DNA of 9,975 bases from Octopus sinensis (Eukaryota). The position numbers and the translations under genes are program-made. Shown in pieces: positions 1 to 7,427 of this stretch (positions within the stretch are counted from its first letter, which is position 1; each line of letters starts with the position of its first letter). The notes under the pieces are model-generated. The model was given only the letters and a program-made list of their open reading frames with translations. It searched no databases and was not told the origin of the DNA. The stretch spans positions 1-9,975 of the forward strand of contig NW_021827637.1 in the NCBI RefSeq assembly GCF_006345805.1, written 5' to 3'.

Positions 1-334
1 CATCCAACTCAAAAGGTCCCTGATAAGATTGTTTTTTTAAGGACGTTGAACGAAACACCCATGTTTCCAAAGGTGAATTATTCAAACCCCAAAGAATTCC
101 TTTCAACACATGCCCATGATGCTCCCCCCCCTACTTCTGCTTGTGATCAGAGATGCACATATCATCAGCCACTAAGGGACATGGTCCAACTGTTAAGGTC
201 AAGCAATGACAAGCAAATCTGTGGTATGAGCAGAATATTTGCTGTAGCCCATCTTTTATACCAAGACAAAACAATGTACATGATAACACTTACCCCAATC
301 AGTTAAGATCAGAAGCCACGAGAGCCACCGCCTG
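1..334. mobile_element. Partial copy (cut by window edge) of a ~540-bp interspersed repeat; same element as 411-947
   Basis: 1-334 aligns with 618-947 (offset ~613-617), from CATCC..CTCAAAAGGTCCCTGA to AGCCACGAGAGCCACCGCCTG. Class not determined; mobile origin is inferred from ATT-tract flanks and my recollection of it as an abundant octopus repeat. Confidence 0.7.
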
Positions 335-410
335 TATTATTATTATTATTATCATTATTATCATCATAATTATCATCATTATATTATTATTATTATTATT
401 TTATTGTTAT
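335..410. repeat. (ATT)n/(ATC)n microsatellite
   Basis: Directly visible; its interruption pattern (ATCATTATTATCATCATAAT) recurs at ~970-1000. Confidence 0.97.
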
Positions 411-947
411 ATGAGAGAGCAGTGCATGTCATCAAAGTGACACTGGGGTAAAATATACGAAGCCCAGTATACCCATCATGACTACCCATCTGATAAGGGT
501 ACACCAGGCACATGCATCACAACCATAAGTGCGTGACATGGTGATCTCATATCAAGATAAACAGCACATGACCTTGCAGGTGGAGTCCAGTTAGAATTTT
601 CTTCAGGTTGAGTAGCCCATCCCACTCAAAAGGTCCCTGAATATGGATTGTTTAAGGATGTTGAACGAAACACCCATGTTTCCAAAGGTGAATTATTCAA
701 ACCCCAAAGAATTCCTTTCAACACATGGCCATGATGCTCCCCCCCTACTTCTGCTTGTGATCAGAGATGCACATATCATCAGCCACTAAGGGACATGGTC
801 AACTGGTTAAGGTCAAGCAATTGACAAGCAAATCTGTGGTATTGAGCAGAATATTTGCTGTAGCCCATCTTTTATACCAAGACAAAACAATGTACATGAT
901 AACACTTCCAATCAGTTAAGATCAGAAGCCACGAGAGCCACCGCCTG
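411..947. mobile_element. ~540-bp non-coding interspersed repeat embedded between (ATT)n tracts (possible non-autonomous retroelement; minus strand would give an (AAT)n tail)
   Basis: Second copy at 1-334; ATT tracts on both sides; minus strand ends ...CTGCTCTCTCAT followed by ATAACAATAA; no tRNA A/B boxes recognised; no convincing ORF. Confidence 0.7.
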
Positions 948-997
948 TATTATTATTATTATTATTATTATCATTATTATTATCATCATAATCATCA

Positions 998-1083
<86 letters not shown>

Positions 1084-1100
1084 ATTATTATTATTATTAT
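948..1100. repeat. (ATT)n microsatellite, ~150 bp
   Basis: Directly visible; source of the poly-Ile ORF 912..1148. Confidence 0.98.
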
Positions 1101-1291
1101 ATGTTTGACTTTTGCTTTACATTTGCACGAGATGGCTCCAAGTCTCACCCAGAGACCTCATGAGACAACAAGTTGGAAGATCGTGTTGGTGCTATGCCTA
1201 GGGTGCCATATATTTGGTTTTGTGCTTAGTGTTGTACTAGTGAATGTTTAAAAAATCATATACGAAAATTATGTTTGTTTTAAAACATAGA
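1101..1291 (-). mobile_element. Candidate 3' UTR fragment of a non-LTR retrotransposon with (AAT)n tail
   Basis: Minus strand reads ...GAGGTCTCTGGGTGAGACTTGGAGCC...GCAAAAGTCAAACAT then directly (ATA/AAT)n. Resemblance to 3' ends of AAT-tailed LINEs is from memory; no RT ORF present. Confidence 0.4.

Positions 1292-1358
<67 letters not shown>
1292..1358. repeat. Pure (ATT)n microsatellite
   Basis: Directly visible. Confidence 0.98.
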
Positions 1359-1359
<1 letters not shown>

Positions 1360-1507
1360 GGCGGCGAGCTGGCAGAATCATTAACACGCCGTGCAAAATG
1401 ATTAACGGCATTTCATCTGTCTTTACGTCCTGGTTTCAAATTCCGCCGAAGCCAACTTTGCCTTTCATCCTGTCGGGGTCGATAAATTAAGTACGTGTCA
1501 AGCACTG
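1359..1507 (+). mobile_element. SINE-A, 5' part (tRNA-like head plus central domain), 3'-truncated
   Basis: A-box-like TGGCAGAATC (~1370-1379), B-box-like GTTTCAAATTCC (~1433-1444), central CTTTGCCTTTCATCCTGTCGGGGTCGATAAATTAAGTAC; reverse complement of copies at 2902-3444 and 4578-4801. The central block resembles (from memory) the MetaSINE/Sauria-SINE domain. Confidence 0.88.
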
Positions 1508-1515
1508 AGTACTTT

Positions 1516-1596
1516 CCCAAGGTGCCACGCAGTGGGACTGAACCCGGAACCATGTGGTTCGTGATCAAGCTACTTACCAGACAGCCACTTCCTACG
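1516..1596 (-). mobile_element. SINE-B head fragment
   Basis: Reverse complement matches 8646-8725: A-box-like TGGCTGTCTGG, B-box-like GGGTTCAGTCCC, then GGCACCTTGGG. Confidence 0.88.
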
Positions 1597-1953
1597 GTTT
1601 GTGGAGATTCTTTCAATATGTTATCTAGGAGTATATAGAGAACTCATCTGGTTTGATGTTTTATGGTCTGGACACACACCAAGTCAGATGGTAATACAGG
1701 TTTTGGAGATTCCTTCAGATAGTTTGGAAATCGCCTGCATTCCCGTCCAAGCTCAGTTGTCATGACTTTACCTTGTCCATGGACATATTGTGAGCGATCA
1801 AAAGAGTGAGTCTGCCTCATGCGCGCGCAGTTCTGACTTCTTTTAAATAAAAACACCTCATGTCAGTCTAGCAGCTGCTTATTATCCACCTTTCTTTCAC
1901 TAACCCACAAATTATCAACCCTCTTCTGATTTCTTTTCTTTCCGCCTTCCATA

Positions 1954-2000
1954 TATTTATCTATCTATCTATTTATTTATTTATTTATTTATTTGTGTAT

Positions 2001-2047
<47 letters not shown>

Positions 2048-2049
2048 TT
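1954..2049. repeat. (TATC)n/(TATT)n tetranucleotide microsatellite
   Basis: Directly visible. Confidence 0.97.
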
Positions 2050-2304
2050 AAGCAACTGCTAGGTCAACGTCTAATTAAGGGACGGAATAATATTTCAAGA
2101 AGTCATTAGCCTATTTCTCCATCGTTAATAAAATTACCTCTGCTCCTTCTTTCAAACCGATATGGCATTCAGGCATTTTTTATTTATATAAGGCATTCGG
2201 GCAAAATTTTGTAACACGGTACCGTAATTATGGTTGCTTACCACGTTTGACCGTTCTGCTGTCAGTATGGTTGATTTCTCAGCTGCTTTCGCCTCAGACG
2301 GCAG

Positions 2305-2345
2305 TCGCTGGAAAATTAATCCAATTTATGATGAAAACTTCGTCG
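2305..2345 (+). repeat. 41-bp arm of a long-range inverted repeat (partner 5510-5550)
   Basis: TCGCTGGAAAATTAATCCAATTTATGATGAAAACTTCGTCG is the reverse complement of 5510-5550 at 40/41 positions. Confidence 0.92.
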
Positions 2346-2901
2346 CTTTGAATATAATTAATTTACAAACATTCTTTTAAATTATGGTCATCAAAGCACA
2401 AATTAGGTCTTCGTGTAAATTGGAAGGCCAGAGGAGAATATTAACCATTCTTTTTTACGTTCCTTCCTGACATTTAATAGTTATATAATATCCTCTTTTC
2501 TAGAGATCTATCGCCGATGGCAGTAAATGTTTAATGTGTGTGTTTTTTAAATTAGATTTTTCGTATTGCCATTAACAGAATTGTGCTTCGCTTCTGTCCA
2601 GTAACACAGATCCTTGTTGTTATAACTGACACTAGAAATGTGTTGATTGTACGGTAGTTTTGTTATAGAGATGAATATTCAATGCTTTTTAACTTCGTTA
2701 AAATAATCACTTTTCAGTCCTGTTCAAACACCTTTCATATATAATCTCGCACTCGTCTTTTTCGCAAGTTTTTGCTGAATGCTGAATTCTCAATTCGTGT
2801 ATTATCTCCCCTGTCCAGAGCTACAAATAATCCGCTTGATTGAGCGGTCCCCCCCTTTTTTTTAAATTCTTAGTTTCTTGTACTTCTCAATTCCAAATAA
2901 T

Positions 2902-3448
2902 ATTCCTTTCTACTCAAAGCACAAGGTCTGAAATGTTTTGGGGAGTGGGGGAAGTCGATTAGATCGACCCAAGTATGCAGCTGGTACTTAATTTATCGAC
3001 CCCGAAAGGATGAAAGGCAAAGTCGACCTCGGCGGAATTTGAACTCAGAACGTAAAGGCAGACGAAATACCTATTTCTTTACTACCCACAAGGGGCTAAA
3101 CACAGAGAGGACAAACAAGGGCAGACAAACGGATTAAGTCGATTATATCGACCTCAGTACGTAACTGGTACTTCTTTAATCGACCCCGAAATGATGAAAG
3201 ACCAAGTCGACCTCGGCGGAATTTTAACTCAGAACGTAAAGACCGACGAAATACCTGTTTCTTTACTACCCACAAGGGGCTAAACACAGAGAGGACAAAC
3301 AAGGACAGACGAACGGATTAAGTCGATTACATCGACCCCAATGCGTAACTGGTACTTATTTAATCGACCCCGGAAGGATGAAATGCAAAGTCGACCTCGG
3401 CGGAATTTGAACTCAGAACGTAACGGCAGACGAAATACCGCTAAATTA
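2902..3448 (-). mobile_element. SINE-A head-less trimer (units 2902-3071, 3072-3255, 3256-3444) within an 18-bp TSD
   Basis: Marker GTCGACCTCGGCGG at 3022, 3206, 3390 (period 184). Flanks TTCTCAATTCCAAATAAT (2884-2901) and TTCTCAATTCTAAATAAT (3449-3466), 17/18 identical. Unit 2902-3071 has a different tail. Confidence 0.92.
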
Positions 3449-3765
3449 TTCTCAATTCTAAATAATGGTGTATTGTTTTTGTTAAATTGCTTGACAATAC
3501 TAAGAAGGCTCTCAAACTGGGGTATATTTGTAGCATATAGTAGGACACCCAGGAAAAAGTGGCGAGTGAGCCTAGGTCTTCTCACCTTGTAGTATTTTAA
3601 AAATTGTTTATTTCCTATCGCTTACTAAAGCAACACTCATGGAATAGAATGAAGTCCAGAAGTACTGTACTCTTGGAACATCTCTTTAAATATTTCTGTG
3701 TGGTTGGGAGCTTTATTAGAATTGTATGCCGCTTATTTGTTTTTGCTTTAATGAAATTCATCATA

Positions 3766-4085
3766 AACGTAAAACGTCGCCCTTTTCATGCCTAGCCAGG
3801 CTCATGGACCCGGTTTCCCGGTTTCTGTGGCGTATGTGTCTCCACCCACCAGCTGGACGGGACGCCAGTCCATCGTAACGTTACTCGAGAAACAAGAAGA
3901 GAGAATGAGAGAAAGTTGTGGCGAAAGAGTACAACAAGAGTTACCACCAACCCCTGCCGGAGCCTCGTAGAGATTTTAGGTGTTTTCACTCAATAAACAC
4001 ACACAACGCCCAGTCTCGGAATCGAAACCGCGATCCTCTGACCGCGAGTCCGCTGCCCTAACCACTGGGCCATTGTGCCTCCACG
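3766..4085 (-). mobile_element. SINE-C full-length copy with alternative (V-domain-like) tail
   Basis: Head TGGCCCAGTGG (A box) ... GGTTTCGATTCC (B box) matches 5798-5990. Tail CGATGGACTGGCGTCCCGTCCAG...ACAGAAACCGGG resembles (from memory) the V-SINE domain. Degenerate TSD AATTCATCATA (3755-3765) / AATTACATCATA (4086-4097). Confidence 0.88.
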
Positions 4086-4432
4086 AATTACATCATAGTG
4101 TCGTCAAATTCATGCTCTTCCAGCATTTTGGTAAGCCAATCCTGTGAAATCGAAACAGAAGCCCCTCTCTCCTCTGCTGTCGAATCAGGCACATGACAGT
4201 TTCCTTTTAGTAACTTGACACGAAGCAGTACCGTCGTGTTAACCAGGAATTGATAGATTGTCCTTTAGCACTTGGCTCTGCATCCCCTAGGTATATACAA
4301 ATTATACTATCCTTGTAAACGTTCAATTATGTTATTGTGCTCTATTTTGAAGAGCAATTTATAGATTACCGGCCGACAAATAATGGATTGATAGCTAGAA
4401 GGGTCAGCTGTTGATCTTTTCTTGGAAGAATA

Positions 4433-4454
4433 TGGTGGTGGTGGTGGTGGTGGT
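4433..4454. repeat. (TGG)n microsatellite
   Basis: Directly visible. Confidence 0.95.
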
Positions 4455-4577
4455 AGATTCGCTGTCAGTCTCTACGATGAGGATTCCGTAAGGAATATAA
4501 TAACATAAAGAAACCCCACATTCAGTTTAAAGTTTGGCGGAGCACCTCTCTTGGAGTATGAACCAAGACAATTACTT

Positions 4578-4801
4578 ATTTCTTTATTTCCCACAAGTGG
4601 CTAAACATGGAGGGGACAAACAAGGACAAAGGGATTAAGTCGATTAAATCGACCTCAGTACGTAACTGGTACTTAATTTATCGACCCCAAAAGGATGAAA
4701 GGCAAAATCGACCTCCGCAAAATTTGAACTCAGAACGTAGCGGCAGACGAAATACTGCTAAGTATTTCGTCCGGCGTGCTGACGTTTCTGCCAGCTGGCA
4801 T
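4578..4801 (-). mobile_element. SINE-A full-length monomer with TSD
   Basis: Complete head-to-tail match to other SINE-A copies; flanked by AACCAAGACAAT at 4561-4572 and 4802-4813 (extends to ~17 bp with one indel); perfect 10-bp stem 4746-4755/4762-4771 in the head. Confidence 0.93.
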
Positions 4802-4909
4802 AACCAAGACAATATACTTTTAGAAAGACAGAAATACAAAAAGAGAGAGAGGGTGGGCAAAGAGAGAAAGAAAAAGGGGTCAGAAGAAGAATCATTACCA
4901 TTATTTGGA

Positions 4910-5005
4910 CTGGTACTTTATTTATCAACCCACGAAAAGATGAATGGCAAAGTCAACCATGATAAGACTTGAAAGTAAAACGTATACAGAACAGAATAAA
5001 TACTG
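4910..5005 (-). mobile_element. Old, degenerate SINE-A fragment
   Basis: CTGGTACTTTATTTATCAACCCACGAAAAGATGAATGGCAAAGTCAACC matches 2981-3028 at 43/49 by my alignment; the adjacent B-box region is much more decayed. Confidence 0.75.
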
Positions 5006-5109
5006 AAATGAGCTCTTTCCATCGTTCGAACGTTTCTCTCCATTATTCGCATCATGTTACTCCGTTTCATGACAACATCATTTACCGATGCCCGAACGAT
5101 TAAAGCTAC

Positions 5110-5284
5110 ATATACACGACGGGCTTCTTTCAGTTTCCGTCTACCAAATCCACTCACAAGGCTCAGGTCGGCCCGAGGCTATAGTAGAAGACACCTGCCC
5201 AAGGTGACTGACACGCAGTTGGAATGAATCCGGAACCATGTGGTTGGTAAGCAACCTACTTACCACACAGCCACTCCTACGTCT
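5110..5284 (-). mobile_element. SINE-B 5' half (head to internal TA tract), copy 1 of pair
   Basis: Reverse complement of 8646-8825. The block GGCACCTTGGGCAAGTGTC in this family resembles the CORE-SINE domain (from memory). Confidence 0.9.
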
Positions 5285-5323
5285 ATGTGTGCCTTGGTTT
5301 TACTGAACCCTTATAACTAATCC

Positions 5324-5505
5324 ATATATATATATATGACGGGCTTCTTTCAGTTTCCGTCTACCTAATCCACTCACAAGGCTCAGGTCGGCCCGAGGCA
5401 GGCTATAGTAGAAGACACCTGCCCAAGGTGACTAACACGCAGTGGGAATGAACCCGGAACCATGTGGTTGTGTAAGCAAGCTACTTACCACACAGCCACT
5501 CCTAC
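5324..5505 (-). mobile_element. SINE-B 5' half, copy 2 of pair
   Basis: Direct repeat of 5110-5284, offset 220 bp (GACGGGCTTC at 5118 and 5338). Confidence 0.9.
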
Positions 5506-5509
5506 CCTA

Positions 5510-5550
5510 CGACGAAGTTTTCATCATAAATTGGATTAGTTTTCCAGCGA
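5510..5550 (-). repeat. 41-bp arm of long-range inverted repeat (partner 2305-2345)
   Basis: Reverse complement of 2305-2345, one mismatch; lies between SINE-B and SINE-C. Confidence 0.92.
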
Positions 5551-5557
5551 TGAATTT

Positions 5558-5717
5558 CGTGGAGGCACAATGGCCCAGTGGTTAGGGCAGCGGACTCGCG
5601 GTCGGGAGGATCGCAATTTCGATTCCCAGACCGGGCGTTGTGTGTGTTTATTGAGCGAAAAAAACCTAAAAGCTCTACGAGGCTCCGGCAGGGGGTGGTG
5701 GTTACCCCTGTTGTACT
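5558..5717 (+). mobile_element. SINE-C 5' part, 3'-truncated
   Basis: Near-identical to 5798-5955 and to the reverse complement of ~3925-4085. Confidence 0.9.
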
Positions 5718-5797
5718 GCAATCAAAATCGGTGACCTTGTGACATGTTTCCCGCCGTTTTCTTGTTTCTTTAGTCATTCCTGCTATTATCACTTTCT

Positions 5798-6568
5798 CGG
5801 AGGCGCAATGGCCCAGTGGTTAGGGCAGCGGACTCGCGGTCGTAGGATCGCGGTTTCGATTCCAAGACCGGGTGTTGTGCGTGTTTATTGAGCGAAAACA
5901 CCTAAAAGCTCCACGAGGCTCCGGCAGGGGGATGGTGGTGATCCCTACTGTACTCTTTCACCACAACTTTCTCTCACTCTTACTTCCTGTTTCTGTTGTA
6001 CCTGTATTTCAAAGGGCCGGCCTTGTCACTCTCTGTGTCACGCTGAATATCCCCCGAGAACTACGTTAAGGGTACACGTGTCTGTGGAGTGCTCAGCCAC
6101 TTGCACGTTAATTTCACGAGCAGGCTGTTCCGTTGATTCGGATCAACCGGAATCCTCGTCGTCGGAACCGACGGAGTGCTTCCACCTGTATTTCAAAGGC
6201 CCGGCCTTGTCACTCTCTGTGTCACGCTGAATATATCCCCGAGAACTACGTTAAGGGTGCACGTGTCTGTGAAGTGCTCAGCCACTTACACGTTTAGTTT
6301 CACGAGCAGGCTGTTCCGTTGGTTGGTCGGATCAACCGGAACCCTCGTCGTCGTTACCGACGGAGTGCTTCGACCTGTATTTCAAATGGCCGGCCTTGTC
6401 ACTCTCTGTGTCACGCTGAATATCCCCGAGAACTACGTTGTTAAGGGTACAGGTGTCTGTGGAGTGCTCAGCCACTTACACGTTTAATTTCACGAGCAGG
6501 CTGTTCCGTTGGTTGGTCGGATCAACCGGAACGCTCGTCGTCGCAACCGACGGAGTGCCTCCATCATC
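5798..6568 (+). mobile_element. SINE-C with one head and three tandem 3' units (6000-6183, 6184-6372, 6373-~6562) within an 11-bp TSD
   Basis: A box TGGCCCAGTGG 5809-5819; B box GGTTTCGATTCC 5852-5863; ACCTGTATTTC at 6000, 6184, 6373 (periods 184, 189); TATCACTTTCT at 5787-5797 and 6569-6579. Confidence 0.93.
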
Positions 6569-6709
6569 TATCACTTTCTACAGCTACGTTATATTTCCCT
6601 TTGTGTTTCCACTCTGGTTGTTTGTGTTTATGTTCTGTTGTTCTTACTTCTTTTTTTACCGATGTTGATGTTATTGCTACTGATGTGATTGCTGCCACTG
6701 TTATCATTG

Positions 6710-6711
6710 TA

Positions 6712-6742
<31 letters not shown>

Positions 6743-6826
6743 TTGTTAAATATGTTGTTTTATATCATAAATGATTTTCATGTTACTTTTTTAAAACAGT
6801 TAATACCGCTACTGTTATTATTGTCA

Positions 6827-6862
<36 letters not shown>

Positions 6863-6998
6863 TATTATTATGTTATTATTATTTTATCATCATCATTATT
6901 ATTATTATTATTATATTATATTATTTATTAGTATTATTATCATTATTATTAGTATTATTATTATTATATTATTATAATTATCATTATTATTATTATTA

Positions 6999-7036
<38 letters not shown>

Positions 7037-7241
7037 TTATTATTATTATATTATTATTATATATTATTATTGTTGTTGTTGTTATTACAGGTGCTGTTGC
7101 TGTTGTTCTTGTTGTTCTTGTTGTTGTATTGGTTGTTGTTATTTTATGATGATAGTGGCGCCGTTGTTATCGTCGTTGTTCTTGTTGCGGCTGTTGTTTT
7201 TTGTTTTTGTTTTTGTTTTTGTTTTTTGTTTTTTGTTTTTT
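6710..7241. repeat. Compound microsatellite (TTG/CTG)n - (ATT)n - (TTG)n - (TTTTTG)n
   Basis: Directly visible; source of the poly-Leu ORFs. Confidence 0.93.
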
Positions 7242-7242
7242 C

Positions 7243-7265
7243 GGGGGGGGGGGGGGGTGGGGGGG
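7243..7265 (+). repeat. Poly-G tract G15-T-G7
   Basis: Directly visible. Confidence 0.95.
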
Positions 7266-7380
7266 TACCGGAGTGAAAGGTCAAATGACTTTGGTGTGAG
7301 TGAATGCTATGCATGTTTCTCATGATTTCATCAGACAACACCACATGCCAAAACTGTAGACAAACACACGGGCACATACT

Positions 7381-7392
7381 CACACACACACA

Positions 7393-7427
<35 letters not shown>

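Noticed and set aside
46-306. 86-aa ORF MNETPMFPKV...
   Set aside because: Starts at TTG within a repeat; the frame is broken by indels in the second copy (666-915).
2831-2863. CCGCT-loop-AGCGG stem followed by C7/T8, resembling an intrinsic terminator
   Set aside because: Only 5 bp of stem, separated from the T run, and in eukaryotic DNA.
4088-4264. 58-codon stop-to-stop minus-strand frame RTIYQFLVN...QDWLTKMLEEHEFDDTMM*
   Set aside because: No upstream start or good acceptor, no recognisable family, and the length is expected by chance; a BLASTX hit would reopen it.
5798-5875. tRNA genes at the SINE heads (also 4015-4085, 5558-5635, 8646-8715)
   Set aside because: A/B boxes are present, but I could not build a full cloverleaf with an acceptor stem, and each continues into a SINE body with no T4 terminator; tRNAscan-SE would confirm.
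2902-6568. CRISPR-like reading of the regular ~184-bp repeats
   Set aside because: Whole units are repeated with no unique spacers, no cas genes, and the context is eukaryotic.
3096-6668. ORFs with recurring peptides such as NWYLIYRP..DERQ, FRLPLRSEFKF and GLVTLCVTLNIP
   Set aside because: They recur only because they are read through SINE copies; frames are not conserved between copies.
7278-7291. Nuclear-receptor-like palindrome AGGTCA-AA-TGACTT
   Set aside because: Non-canonical 2-nt spacer and imperfect half-site; expected by chance in 10 kb.
161-7335. Hammerhead/HDV ribozyme search prompted by the retrozyme-like tandem units; minus-strand CTGATGA at ~162-168, ~777-783 and ~7323-7329; GGCCGGCC in SINE-C units
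   Set aside because: By eye none has a paired stem II followed by GAAA and a stem III with a UH site, and no HDV pseudoknot could be built. An Infernal/RNAMotif scan would be decisive.
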